This document shows positions 23,325 through 37,712 of a DNA stretch of 64,000 nucleotides, one piece after another. The notes below the pieces were generated by a model that worked only from the letters and a program-made list of their open reading frames with translations, was not told where the DNA came from and did not search any database. Numbering within the stretch: the first letter of the stretch is position 1; every line of letters begins with the position of its first letter. The DNA comes from Selaginella moellendorffii (lineage: Eukaryota; Plantae; Lycopodiophyta): positions 257,811-321,810 of the forward strand of contig NW_003314357.1 of assembly GCF_000143415.4 (NCBI RefSeq), given 5' to 3'. The position numbers and the translations under genes were made by a program.

Positions 23325-26178
23325 CTACCGCACGTCCGTGGAAGAGAATGAATCCGCAAAGCCAGGAGGCCGAGTTGGAAGGCTCGTCCGCGTCTCGTCC
23401 ATTCCTGTCTCTGATTCTTGCCATCTCCTCAACGCCTCCGACAGGCTCAATCCCAGGTCTATACCACCCTCTTCGGCATCGAAATCCATTGACGGCTTCC
23501 ACCTCTCCACCATTGGAGCTAACACGTTGACGGCATGGCTCATGTCGGGCCTCTGATACGGCTCTCGCATTGTGCAATAGCCCGCGAGCTCCGCAACGCT
23601 ACAGATGCTCTCAAACTCTTCGTCCGTCACCTCCAGGACGGGATCCAGAGAGCTCCTGAAGGTTTCCCGGTTTACTCTCATGCGCTTGAACCAAGTTGGC
23701 AAGTGCATCGTCTCCTCCGAGCGGCTTGTGTCCAAAGCTTGTCGACCGGTGATAAGCTCCATCAGAATTACTCCAAAGCTGTAAACGTCCACCTTCGTAG
23801 TCACCCGCCCCGTCACTGCAAGGAAATACAAATTCAACGACAAGTATGAGAGTTGATAATTCCTTACCTGCATACTCTGGCGCAAGGTAGCCAAATGTGC
23901 CCGCCAGCCTCGTCTCCACAGAGACCTTTCCCTCTGGTGCAAGCTTCACCAGTCCAAAATCCGCGACTTTGGCGTGCAAAGTGTCGTCGAGTAGAATATT
24001 TGACGGCTTCAAGTCCCTGTGGATGAAACTCTTGTGCGCCAACCCGTGAAGGTACTCGATCCCTCTGGCCACGTCCAACGCAATCGATAACCGGTGCTTC
24101 CACGTAAGGTGATGATAGCCATGCTTTGCAAACTCGAAGAGGTGCTGGCTCAGTGTTCCCTGTGGCATGTACTCGTACACTAAGAGCTTCTCGTTGCCAT
24201 CTATGCAATAGCCGAGCAGTGCCACGAGATGGCGATGCCTGACTTTGGTGAGGACCTGGATTTCTGCCTGGAATTCACTAAGTCCCTTGTTATTCACCAC
24301 CGCTGACTCCATCCGCTTCACCGCAATCTTTGTTCCATCGTCAAGTTCCCCCTTGTAGACGACGCCAAAGCCACCTCTGCCTAGAATGCTGTTCTCACTG
24401 AAACCGTTTGTTGCCTTGCGTAGAACATGGATGGAGATAACCAGGTTGCCAGTCTCTACCCGCACCTCACTCGGCCCGCTGTGTCCTTCCTTAGCAACAC
24501 TCGTTGGCAACTTCACTGTTTCTCTCTCGAAGCTCGAGTCCCTTGGATGCACCACGATCGCGCTGGAGCTCTGTACCCGCATGAACCGAGGCCTCTTTCT
24601 TCTACACATCACGAAGACGCTGACAGCAGCAGCCACTGCCGCCACAGCGCCTACAACTGGCACAGCAACCGCCGCCGGTGACACTTTCCTTCGGGTACTT
24701 TGCTCCGCTCCAGAAGGAGCGTTCGGAGAACCTGGAGCCTGAGTACCGGACGAACCCGACGGGCTGGCTCCGCTCCCTGAGGCAGGCGACACGGGGGTCA
24801 GCGGATTTTCATCCACATTGACTTGCAAGCCACTCGGGAAAGGTGGCAGCGGCCCAGACAAGCGGTTCCTGAAGAGGTTGAGGTTTCTCAGCGTCGGAAT
24901 CTGAACGATTGCTGCAGGTAGCAAGCCCGAGATATGGTTGTTCCGGAGATCCAGTGCCGTGAGACCCGTCAAGTTTGCCAGCGCTGTGGAGATGCTGCCG
25001 TTAAGCTGGCAATTCGGAAGTTGTATCGTTGTCACGGTCCCCCTGACACAGTTTATACCGGTCCAGCTACAGGGATCGTTGCCTTTCCATGTCGTCATAC
25101 ACGGAGACGTAAACGCGTCGGCGGCGCCAGCAAAGTCTAGTAAAGCTGTGACGCGGGGATCGCACGGCAAACCTGGAGTGGCTTGGCAGAATCCATTGGT
25201 GGAGCCATCGTAAGAAAAGCCAAGCTCCGGCATGGGCCCGACGAGCATGTTCCCCTTGATGGTGAAATTCTTGAGAGCCGGCAGCTGCGTCAGCGACTGA
25301 GGAACAACTCCCACGAACTCATTGTCGTTGAGCTTGAGATCTTGCAGTGACGATAAGTTGCCCAGACCGGGAGGAATCACTCCAGAGAACTGGTTGACAT
25401 GAAGCCAGAGCGTCGTCAGCGATTGCATGCTCGCAACGGGATCGATAGATCCCGTAAGTGGCTCGTTTCCCTGCTGGTTGTTCGCCTGGAACTTTATCAA
25501 GTTGGAGCCCGCAAAAGTTGCCGGAATGCCACCCCGGAGAGTGTTGTAGGCCAGGTAGAGGTTCTTGAGACTGCTCATCGTACCGAGAAAACCTGGGATT
25601 GTTCCACCCAAGGTCGTGTTGGTGATGGACAGCGTCTGTAGATTGGAACAGTGTTGGATGTCCGCTGGAAGCGACCACCCCTGTGTAGAATTGACGTGGT
25701 TGTCCTCGAGGAAAATCTCCATCACGTTTGTCAGCCCAGTGAAGAAATCGCCCGGGATTGTGTCGAAGGAATTGCCACCAAAGTAAGCTCGCGAGAGGGA
25801 CGTTAATCCGCTGAGAGATGGGAGCGATCCCGTGAAACCATTCTGCTGGAGCTGGAGCGAATCCAGAGAACTGAGCTTGTTGATGTCGGGAGTGACGGTT
25901 CCACCGAGCTGGAGGTTGTTCATCTCCAAGGCTGTGACGGCCGCGCCAGTGCATTTGATGTGAATCCATCGGTCCCCGCAAGGATCGCTGTTCTTCCAGT
26001 TTGTAAGCACTGATTTCTGGTCGATTCCCTGGAGAAAACTCTGTAAGACCGCCAGGTCGCCGGGATTCGTCGTCGCAGAGCACCTCCAATGCAGCGATAC
26101 CAGCAGCAGTACCAGCAAGAGCAGCTTCTTCCATGGATTTCTCGCTGCCGCCATGGCCCCAGCTCTAAATCTCTCCAT
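23325..26178 (-). CDS. TMK: TMK-type LRR receptor-like kinase (LRR-IX), 2 exons
   Basis: Signal peptide, two LRR blocks split by a Cys pair, TM segment and kinase ([22 protein letters not shown]). 52-nt intron at 23867-23816. C-terminal [13 protein letters not shown] is the TMK signature. Start is ATG 26178 or 26154. Confidence 0.93.
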
Positions 26179-27059
26179 CGAAGACGATCGACGAGGACGA
26201 GCTCCTAGAATCTTAGCAGCACTGAAACCTCGCTTGCTTCTTCGCGACGAAACTCTTGCGCCTAGATCCAGCAGCAAGGATTGAAGGAAGAAAATCACCT
26301 ACACTGACCTCCAGCTCCCGCGCACCGCCGCCATGGATCAATCCCACCGCCCATTCTAACCCTATAGGTAGCTTCAAGAAAGAGAGCGGCCTTCTTTTCT
26401 TCGTTTCCCAATGCCAATGCGGTGCGAACGAATGAATGCTCCACAAAACCATGACATTCCGCATACGTAATCCCAGCGTCAATCCTGGCCCTACATCTGT
26501 CCGCCCATTCCAACTGTCTTTTACACCGGAAAACGATTGGTTGGTCGTACAAATGGCCACCGCTTTTTCCAATAGTGGCCAGCCACCGTTTGCCAGCCAG
26601 CTCACTCCTGGCAGGACTGGCAGAATATGCTCCGTTCGATCCGTGTTTTAAACTTTTGGCGCCCACATGCTCTCCACATGCCTGCGTTTGACCTAGAGAG
26701 CAGCAGTTTTTAGTCAGGGGAACGATTGGAATTCCATGAGATATAATGGGGCAATTTTTTGTGACAACTTTGCTATTCTTATCATAGTTTTTCTATTCCT
26801 AGAAGCCATACTTTAACTATCTTGGTTCATTCTCCATAGTTAACATTATATGAGCTAAAGTTTACAAGCATTTGAGAAACAAATTGAATTTAATGGCCAT
26901 ATTGTAAAATAAATGTATTTGCCATATAGCTCAAAATTCAAATTATTGGGAGGACTAAAAACTAATCATATATCCCATATGAGTGATGTGGTTTATTTCC
27001 AATATGCAATATTATTGGAGCAATTAAATTTAGCAATTGTCATTACTAGCTTGATTGTC

Positions 27060-30000
27060 TTGTGTAATCCACAAAAGTTTATTTTTCTAATTTGTCAGCT
27101 TACCTTGTCTATTTGACTACCATTACCTTGGCCTTAGTTAAGTTCCCTTACCAATGTTCCTATCTATTATATTAGCTTTTATTTGGTCTTATTTGGTTTT
27201 AGCAATTCACTACATAAACAATGAAGTGTAGCCATCTATCTACATTCTCTCATAATCCCCCTCCCTAAGTTAGACTAAACTTAAAGTTCAACTACATTCC
27301 CCTAAACACTAAATCCCATCCTAAAAGGAAGGCCCAAACCCTTAGGAAAGTGTAAGGACTAATGAGCCACAAGATACTCAAATGGAACATCACTCCACAT
27401 GAGTCAAAAGCATTGTAATTGATTTCCCTTTCGGCAGTGAGAGTTGTTTTTAAGCACTTCTTTAGATGGCCCCTTTAGCACCACCCAAGTCCATGCTCAC
27501 TCCCACCTAAAACCCCTAAACCCCAGTCTTAACCTTAGTCAGTTTGAAAGTACTACTGAAGAATTTTTTCAAGATTAGTCTGTAAACTTCACTATCCCTA
27601 CTATACTTTTGGAACCACTCGCCCCCCCCCCGCCCCCCCCCCGCCCCCCCTGTTTGGGAGACACATGCTTTGGCTTTCACCCCACTATATTAGTATTCAG
27701 ACTCAATTTTGAACTTGACTTTTGACTCGGTGTTGGACTCAATCCCTGACTTGGTCTTGGTCACACTCGATCTTGAACTCAGACTTAATTTTAGACTCAG
27801 TCTCGAACTTGGTCTTAAAGTTAGTCTCGAACTTAATCTCAGACTTGGTTTTATCCGATGAACTCTTTATCATGGGTTCCTTTAGTCTACAACACCTCGG
27901 GTCCACTGCCTTAACTTTAATTAAGTTCCCTTGCCAAGATTCCCACCTATTTTATGAACTTTTACTTGGTTTTACTTAGTTTCAACTACTCACTACATGA
28001 GCAACAAAATATTAACCATCCATTCACAGATTCCTAAATTCTCTCCCAATCCCGCTCTTTAGGTTAGACTGAACTTAAGGTTTAGTTACACTCTCTGTAA
28101 ACACAAGTAGCCAAACACACTAAACCTCCAAATTATTAACATCCCTCGATACAACAACATTTAATCATAGGACCTTTTAATCCCAAGCTTTGGGTGCATC
28201 TTTTGCTTCGGAACTTTAGGGGGAAGACACTGTAGTCTGACAGCCAGGTATGGGTGACTTGACTCCCCCACTTCCATCCCAAAAGGAAGGCCCAAGCACT
28301 TAAGAAGGACTGAGGACTAATGAATTATATAATACTCAAGTGGGGCACTATTTCACTTGAGTTAGGAGCATCGTAATCAATTTCCCTTTCAAGAGTGGGA
28401 GTTGCTTTTGAACATTTTCTTGGGTGGGTTTTTTAGCACCACCTAAGTCCATGCTCACTCTCACTTAAGGCCCTTAGCCCCAGTCTCAACTTCAAGTTCA
28501 TTTAGAAGCACCACTAAAGAATTCCTTTAAGATTGGTTTCTAAATCTCATTATGTCACTTACTATACTTTTGGAACCCATTGCAGGCCCCCTCCGAGGTA
28601 GACATATGCTTTGGGCTTTCACCCCATGACCTGTATTAGTATTCAGACTCGGTCTTAGACTCGATTTTAGACTCGACTTTAGACTTGGCCTCAGCCTTGA
28701 TCTCAGACTTGGTCTCAAACCCAATCTTGGATCTCGAACTCAGAGTCAATTTCAAACTTGGTCTTAAACTCGATCTTGGACTCGGTCTTATTTGATAAAT
28801 TTTTTATCGTTACGATACTTTAGGGAGTTGGTTCCTTACATAAGCTCAATATTGCAAAGGTCCTAACACTAGTAAATGCAAGCAAATAACATAAGCTTCT
28901 TATCACCATATCAAATATATTTAAGTAAATGATAACTTTCCTTCTTTAATGCCCTTCCACTCTAAGTGCATATATATTGACTAGTTTCTCAACTAATTTA
29001 GATGAAGACTGATAAAGGGTCAAGCAATACCAACCTTTTGTTAAGGAAAGAATATTCAAAATGACTTGCTAATAGATAATTTTTAATACCTATAGTCATA
29101 TTTGTAATAGTAACCATGGGGGGCGGGGGGGGGGGGGGGGGTGATGATAATCAGGATGTAAGGAACCAACTTTGGTCGGATAGATAAGATAAGCTGACAA
29201 ATTGGAAAAGTAAAATTTATGGCTTATAACTTGGTCCCTTAAAACTCATTACATGATAGCTTACCGTGTCTGCCACGACACCCTTGCTATCTGTATTAAT
29301 TCCATTTGGTCCCATTGGCTATTTATAGATAGTGTCTAGATTTGTTAGTCAAGCATATTTACGGAATGTAGAGATTATCATGAATACAATGTTGTTGTTC
29401 TCATGCCCAGATTCACAATCTAGCACCATTTCTATATTTAGTAAGTTTTCATGATTATCATAGAGACTAACTTCTTGGGATAAAGAATGTGTTTTTGAGA
29501 GGGGGCTATAAGGGATTCCTAATATATAGTAAGGATAGTGAGTAATTCATGCATGACTAACCAATCTAACACATAATCTAGCTCTTTGTTGGCATACTTG
29601 TATTTGTTTTACATCTAGCTTGAGTTAAAGTCCAAGCTCCAAACCATGCTAGTTGGTGAAGTACCCATAGAATACCAATATGCTAAAATAATACTAAACT
29701 CTATTTAGCTTTGTTTTGCATGTTGGTCCTAATATTGGGATGCTAAATATTCTAGGGCTATTAAATAAAGAGTTCTCACTTAGTTGTGTTTTGCACTGGC
29801 TAGTGATATGAACCCTTGTGTATTAAGGTCTAGTCTTAATATCATTACATAATATCTTACTATGTCTTCTAGACATCCTTGCCATATGTAGGTTTTGTTT
29901 TGGTCCCATTAGCTATTTATGAAAAGTTTCTAGATTTGTTACTTAGGAATATTTATAGAATGTAGAGATTGTCCTAAACATAATATTATTGCTTCTATGT

Positions 30001-30100
30001 TAAAATTTACAATTTAATGCTATTTCATATTTAGTAAGTTTTAATGATTATTCTAGTGACTAACTCATGGGATTAGGGTGAAACCCCAAAGCGTGTATTT
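27060..30100. mobile_element. Cluster of decayed LTR fragments related to LTR families A/B
   Basis: Diverged duplicates at ~27230-27870 and ~28040-28800 share ctatacttttggaacc..gctttcaccc and gactc repeats with LTR A. 29260-29720 is inversely similar to 37250-37700 and 40810-40850. Confidence 0.6.
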
Positions 30101-30149
30101 CTCATAGAGAGAGGTTGATGGTGATCCATTTTATGCTAAGATAGCATTG

Positions 30150-33100
30150 GTACCTTGGCTTCTTGGATATTTGCTTATTAAGGTTTTTTAGAGAAGTTAT
30201 AGCATTCATTTACTATAATTTATTAGTGAATATGTTAACACTTAAGAGTAGATTGTTAGATGGAGAACGTGTGTAGTTAAGGCATTCACATTAGTAACAC
30301 TTATGTTAGTGGAAGTGATATTATTATTTTGAATGATACGAAGTTTTTCTTAAAGCTTAATTTTTCATGTCATTTTTCATGTTAATTTTTTAGCTTTATA
30401 TTGGATCTTGAATGTGATTAAAGAAGAGTGTAAGTGCAATATAGATATTTAAATATATGTTCTTCATGATTAAGTCTAGAGTATTCATTAGCATTTGTGA
30501 ATATCATTGGTGGATATATAAGCTTGTTGTTAGATACTTAAGCATACTGTTGAGACATGAGAAGTTATATTGAGGTGAATCTATGTGAAGTTATAAGTAG
30601 GAGAAAGATGGTTGAGTTTTAAGAATTTGTATTCTTGGATTGAGAGATATTCTTTCTCTTGGATGGAAAATCTTTTTATAATTTTTTTTTATATTTTTCC
30701 AATTACTAATCTATTGATTATTTTACCTGAAAACCATTTCATTTTTATAAGCCAATACAAACTAGTGAAGAGGTCTTCAGTTAAATTAGACTTTAGTAAG
30801 TAGTTTGAATTATGCAGCTTGAAAGAGATGCTAATTTTTGGGGCTAAGGCAATTAAGCTGGATAGAATTTAGAGTTGGCATAAAAAAGTGGCTATTGTGT
30901 TTTTGTAAAAAGATGACCTTTATGCCTTTCTTCTGTAATGTAATACTTTATGGTAGGTTGCATATTGTATTTTGTTAAACTTTATAAGAGTAGTAAACTT
31001 TCACTGATCTTGATTTAGTATTGGTGGTTTTATACTTCAACTAAGGACGGTAATGTTCAATTTAACTATAAATAGTTAAAGTATTAATACCTATACTATA
31101 GCTTTATCCATTAGCTGGTTGTGCACCATATGAGTCCATCTTATGGTTTTCATTTTAGTTCGGCTTAGTATTAATCATGTATGGCTAACCTTTTCAGTGA
31201 TGCTGTAACGCATGTGATCATGGGATGAGATTTGGATATACTGTCACCGTGGATCCTTGGAACCGTGGGGGATAAATGGGGATAAAATAGCCACTAAAGG
31301 CTCTCTCATCAAGCAATTGCCCCTTTTCCAGTTGGTTTAAGGGGAGAGAGATAAGGTGTGCTACAATTGGTATCGGAGCAAATGGCACGGGTTCGATTCC
31401 CATTGATTAGTGGCTACTTAAAAATATATATATAATATACCCTTGAGCAAGGTATATTCCTACCTCTAAATTTGAAATCGTATGTATTGGGCATCCATGC
31501 GTACGTCCTTCCTCTTGTGTGGAGTATCCACGGACAAAGGCATCCATGCGTACGTCCTTCCTCTTGTGTGGAGTATCCATGGACAAAGGTATCCACCGTG
31601 GGACTGCGGTACGGGTGGATGACTAGTTACCTCACATGGATTGGTAGATTCCGTGCGGAAATGGAAGTGCTGGTTCCCCTTGGCTTAGTAGGGGTTGCTA
31701 GTCAATAGTCAATGAGGACATTGACATCTCTGAAGGGGCGGTGAGTGTAGCGCATGTGATCATGGGATGAGATTTAGATATACTGTCACCGTGGATCCTT
31801 GGAACCTTGGAGGATAAATAGGGATAAAATAGCTACCCCCCACCCGGTTTAGGGTTTAGGGTTTAGGGTTCCCTAAACTGGAGCTATTAAGGGCTCTCTC
31901 ATCAAGCAATTGCCCCTTTTCCAGTTGGCTTAAGGGGAGAGAGATAAAGTGTGCTACAGATGCTTAGAGCTATTAACTATATGTGATAGTGGGTTTATTA
32001 TTGTTTGATTCGATTCAAATAGTCATTTTATCCATATTTATCCATGATTTTTTATTTTATACTTGGGGTGTTATCTTTCTGTTGGACAAGTATAAGACTC
32101 AATAATATGAGTTTGGTGTTTAGGTCTTGTGAGGGCGTGTTGAAAAGTGATTATTTGTTACTTTATAACTAGTGATTACTTATAGATTTTGTTAAAAAAT
32201 ATTAACACTTTACTTAACTTAATAATAATTTAGATTTACTTATCAAATGGTATTGTAGAGGATTGTGTTTTTAAAATTTTATGGTTTTTCCATATTAGCA
32301 TATTATTTTGACCATCGTTGATATTTTTTGGTTACATTTAGTTTGTAATATTGGATTGTATTAAATCTTAAATATGGTGATTCACTCCTTGATGATATAT
32401 TATTTGTAACTGAGTATTGTTAAAGGATTAGTCTTGGATATTAAATGAGGCATCTTGGCTTTGGTTAGCTTGGTTACTAGAAAGTTTTAGTTGGTGATTC
32501 ATTCTTGCATTCTTCTAGCTTTATTCTTGTGTTAATAGCATTAAGGTGACATCTTGATATTAATATTGTTAACATTGAGATTGGAGTGGGAAGAGATATT
32601 TCTTCATAGGCATACTAAGGAAGTTGATCCATTTATAGTGATTTAGATGGTTGGTGATCAGTTGAGCCTTATTGAAGATTGGCATTTTATTTTATTTGTC
32701 TTGATGAAGATAGTGTTGATAATTTGGCTATACCTTTATATCATTGATATTCATACATTTTTTTAATTAGCAATTCAAACTAATTGAGTGGCAAGTTGAG
32801 TTAGTCTTGTTCTAATGAAATTCCTTAATAAGGATTAAGCTTTGGCTTTTCCTTGAAAAGTGATTTAATTATGGACTATGTTAGCTTTGCAAAAGAAAGA
32901 GTTAGTAATCAATATTAAAGTTTTTGGATCTTTATTGGTTTAAGTTGAGGCTATATTGATTATTGATGATTCTTTTTATGTTTATTATAAAATGAATTAC
33001 ATCTTGACATGATAAATGAATTTATGAAGGGTTGGTTTAGTGATAATTTATTAACTATAGCTTTGTCATGTTTAGCTTATAGATTAATGCAAATATAATC

Positions 33101-34500
33101 TTCATTAGCTCTTGTATTATGCAATACAGCTTATTAATATGTTGACAAAGATAATGTGGATCATACCCAGATTTCTTCTTTCTTTGACATTAAAGTTAAT
33201 TGATGTGAAACTTGAAATTATTGTTATACGAAACTTAGCTATAGGCTTTTTCATTAGTTTTGATGTTCAAGTTGGTGTTTGCATTTAGTAATCATTGGTG
33301 ATGATTGACTATCATCTAGGATAATTAATTATTCTTATCAACAATTTTGCTTAATTATTGTTAATATTGAATGATTTGCTATTTTTTAGGATTGTAGATT
33401 ATTTCTTCGACAATGATTATGTGTCTCTTTATGAATGGGATGATTAATCTTTTATGATGGTTTAGACTAGTTACTATGATAGTTGGGTGTTTATTATCTT
33501 TGTGACATTCATTCTATTTTGTTGATTTTGCTATGGTTGGTTCTAATAAATTTGGATATTATTTCCTTCAGGTGATGTTGGGAGATGAGGGTTTTCTCCC
33601 AACCTCTCTGATTCAAGCTCTCCATACCTCCATCACAAACTCAAAATCTTTCTTATGTCAAGTAATACATTTTTATCAAATACTTTCTTTTGTTCATTAG
33701 TTTTGGGACAGTTTTGATAAGTTGACAGTGGCACTTTAGTGCATGGGTTCCATTTATAATCATGGGTATAATTATTATAGGTTGATCATAAGTCCCCGCC
33801 TCTCTCTCGTTGACCTATATTTTAAAAAGGGTATGGTTATATAAACAATTTCATCTGCTAATTTATAATAGTTGTCTAAATCTTCCCAACAAAGTTGATT
33901 TATACTCAGGAGAGTTAAGCATCTAGATCTCTCTCTATATCCTTATAGGAGAATAGGATCATTCCTTTGTAAGTCAGAGTAGCAAGGGTAACTAATTTTA
34001 TTAATCATTTCCTTGTTAGTGATGGCCAAAGGGTATCTAAGTATAAATGCCTTTAGATGTAGAGAAGAGGTAGTTCCTCTATTTATTTAAGTTGATGTAT
34101 TTTCCAGAAAGTGTGCTTTAAATTAACTTTTAGAGTTGTTTTTCTAACAGTTTGCACTATAGAGGTTTTAAATATACAATAGAGATATTAGTTGGAAGTA
34201 TTGCCAACTACTTGAGATATTCGTTTAGCTCCTTTTGGGATATGTCGCTCCTTGTTCTATATTTAGCTTGGGTTTAAGCCTAAACTCCATACTGCTTTAG
34301 TCAGTGGGGTACCCTCCTCATCACATTAGGCCACTGGTATATCGAGATTGTAGTAGACAATGTTTGACACCATTTTGCATATAAGAGTTAGATATAAAGA
34401 GTTAGTGCTGATAAAGGGTTTATTTCATAGTATAATGGGCTTAGAGTTTGGCTCCAGATTCAAGTGCACTAGAGTAACTAAGCACTAGTTTGATAACATT
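30150..34500 (-). mobile_element. Highly degenerate LINE-like element, interrupted by the TRIM
   Basis: Weak minus-strand matches in RT order: LYKVLTK (~YKILTK), QPSFSYL*LHIDS (~PLSPYLFxL), MIFTNA (~LxFADD). No intact ORFs. Confidence 0.35.
31204..31958 (+). mobile_element. Complete TRIM (non-autonomous LTR retrotransposon, 755 bp)
   Basis: LTRs 31204-31365 and 31746-31958 (TG..CA), PBS TGGTATCGGAGC at 31368, PPT at 31732-31745, perfect 5-bp TSD GATGC on both sides, and an internal 2 x 49-bp tandem repeat at 31490-31587. Confidence 0.93.
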
Positions 34501-35579
34501 GTTAGGAATAATGAAAATTAATTTCTCAAGACTTCTTATTACGATAAAAATGAAATTAAATATATTTCTTGAGGAATAAGTTACTAATATTATGATATAG
34601 TGAGTTATTATTGTAGAAGGAAATATTCATTGTCTAAAAAGTTTATTATTGAAACATATAAACACCTTAAAGCACCAAGTGTTGTTTAGTACCATGAGGG
34701 CTTTTAATAAGGCCCAAGGATTAAATCCCTAAAGAATAATGAATAAAAAGTGCTATTCAAAGTTTAAGGTTAAGGAAAATTAAATATATAGAAAGTTTAT
34801 CTATCTAGAGCGGATGATGAAAAAATGATTTCAACATAACAAGCAATGGGGCCTATGAGTAGCAATATTAATCTTTGTGTGTAAGACTATAAAATTAAGT
34901 ATATCTAAATTGAGAAACCACTTTTTGAGTTATTGAGTAGGTTTATGTTTAAGAATACTCACTAAGACATGAGTAGAAAGTGCAAAGATACCCTAGCATA
35001 GAGAAAAATAAGCAAAAAAAACATATGGAGCTAGAGTAAGCAGTAAAGGGATATAATCAAACTATAAAAACCAAGGGATATAACAAAAAATGGCTATATA
35101 AATTGAGTGGGGAATCAAGTGTAAGCTCGAGGGTTTGATACTTACAAATATAGTATTATAAAGTCTAGAGTATAAAAGTGTCCATATTAAACCAAATAGC
35201 AAGTAAGAAGCTTTTGAAGGGAGAGGTCTTAATAAACTAAAGGGTGTGGTCCCCTAAATGTTCCCATTATAAATTTTGAATAAACTAGTATCTAGGAAGT
35301 CGAGTATAAATGGTTTATAAGCATGTATATAATTCAAGACAAGTGTAACAAGATCATGGTTTTGAAGCATGCTATGAGGTAAGGCTATTAATATTAGGGA
35401 AGTAGTTCTCACATGTTCAAAAGGATGGCTTTCAATAAAAGTTGGTATTTGAGGAACTTATATTTAGTATTAGGGCAATCTTGAATAGAGAAACATATAA
35501 CATATTAAGATTGACATATGACAGTCTAGTTTGCTCTGGCTAGATTTAACTCAAAGGGTAAAGTGTCGAGAGAGTGAGA

Positions 35580-36230
35580 TGTAAATAACTAATTTTTTCA
35601 TTCTACTTTAGTTATTTAACCACACTTTTGACCACTTGGAGAAGTCTCACTTACAACCTTCATAAATATTATTCTCGGCTTAGGGACTTGCTAGCCCCGT
35701 AAATGACGTCTATACATTTTGCTTTTGCACTTGGTCCAAGTGCTCCACATGTCCAATCACACAATAGACACCCAAAAATACCACTAACATATTAACCCAT
35801 TGCACTAAGGCCATGTCTATTCACCTTTATTTAATTAGTAGTCTAAAACCACCCATACCATAACCCTATCTCTCAAAGATTGGGCTATCAATCCATGAGT
35901 GGATATCCTATAATCACACTTTAGCATCTTTAAAATGCCCAAAGACATAAGAAACACCCTCCCTTAATATCCCTTCTTTGGTCCCCACTAAATCCCTCTC
36001 TATTCACTGTAGTACTCGCCAACACCACCACATAAAGGCTTAACCACCAAGTCCTATTAATTTTTAGGACTTCCTCACCATATGACCATACCCTTGGTCA
36101 CTACACAAAAACATTGTTCTTCTTCTTTTCTATAGTCCAAGAGTTTGGGATGATATTTCTAAATATTATGGCCCTAAGAAAACCTTATGGGTACTCCCTT
36201 AACCTTCCACTTCTAGGTGCCCTAGTTATG
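35580..36230 (-). mobile_element. Older truncated copy of LTR family A
   Basis: tgtaaataactaattttttcattctactttag.. is colinear with 4527-5190 but much more diverged. Strand is taken from the PBS-defined orientation of the 4527 copy. Confidence 0.75.
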
Positions 36231-37712
36231 TGGCATTATGGCATTACAAGCAATGAGTTAACACTTCATTGCAAATTATTTTTCAAGAGGAAAAAATGAT
36301 TTATGTGGTTGATCCTTCGTCCCTAATGATTCTTTTTTCAGTTTTATCTTTGACCAAACCTCAAATTTGCATTCGCATTGCCTTCAATCCAATCCAAAAA
36401 AAGTTTATAAAAGAGTATAATAATGACTACTTGAACCATTAGACCAATCCCTACAGTCTTGTTTGATCTATTTGTAATTATGCCTAGGAAGGATCCACTA
36501 GTGCCGTGCTTAACAATTACGGACTAGCCTATTTACCACTTATAGCAAACCTAGGGGAAATTTACTTATACCTATGGTACATAGAACAACTCATGGAACC
36601 ACTAATAGTGTAACATTTATCCTGCCAGCTTAAAGTGCAATTTTGAGTTGCTAATGTGCCTCACTCACGAGCCCAAGTGCAAACTCATAGAAACCAAACA
36701 TCTCTGATCCAACCTATGAGCCCAAGCACAAGCTTATACAATTTAGTCCAAAAAGGTAACCAAAATTTATACCTAAAGAACAAATGCAAAGTCATAACAC
36801 CCAAACATGTACCTACTTGGACCATCATTTTCATCTTTGCATATGCAACAAGATTAATTGCTCAATCTCATTGGATAATACTCATTGAGACTCTTCTTCT
36901 GATACCAAATGTACCACATATGGTTTTACCTTTTATCCTATGGTGATTTACTATAGGATAACCATGAAACGAAACCTAAACCTTCCATATGCCACATATT
37001 ATATGCCATGTGTCCAAAGGACAATGGAGTGGAACCTGAGTTTCAGGGCCTTGGGCCATGGAATGAAGGAACAATGCTAAACTTCTAAGCATGGAACCAA
37101 GGAGCAAACGAATTGGAGCACGAAGCAATTCCTAAACGTTTAACCCAAGGAGCGAAGGGACAGGAGCACAGAGTGACTTGGTATAGTCCTAAAGCATCTA
37201 ACATCCCAATGCTAGAACCAACACACAAAATAGAGCCAAACAGAGTCTAACACTATTTTAGCATACTAGTGGCATAACACGAGGATATGGGTACTTCACC
37301 AGTTAGCATGGTATGGGACTTGGGCTTAAACCCGAGCCGAATGCAAAACAAAGACAGGCACGTAAGTAAGAGCTAGACTATACCTTAAGTTGGTTAGCTA
37401 TACCTAACCTACCCACTATTCCTACTATACATTTGAAACCCCTTATACCCCCCTATGCCCTCCCCCCCCCCCCCTGCCCTTCTAAGGAACACACACATAC
37501 TTTGGGCTTTCACCCTTATTGACCCTTAATACCAAGAGTTAGTTTCTAGAACAAGCTCAAAACTTATTAAATATAGAATGTCCCTAGATTGTGAATTTGG
37601 ACATAGCCATTGTATTCAAGACAATCTCTACATTCTGTAGATATGCCAAATGAGTAGATCTAGGCACTTTCAATAAATAGCATTTAAGACTAGAATGAGA
37701 TTAACACATAAG

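Noticed and set aside
23611-26298. 895-aa single-exon kinase as listed in the ORF track
   Set aside because: It uses a non-ATG start and reads through a 52-nt intron. The real C-terminus is in exon 23815-23325.
31368-31410. tRNA gene
   Set aside because: Only a PBS and a T-loop-like hairpin are present, with no cloverleaf.
31490-31587. CRISPR-like repeats (also the repeats at 39120-39610)
   Set aside because: Head-to-tail duplications without unique spacers, in a eukaryotic retroelement with no cas genes.
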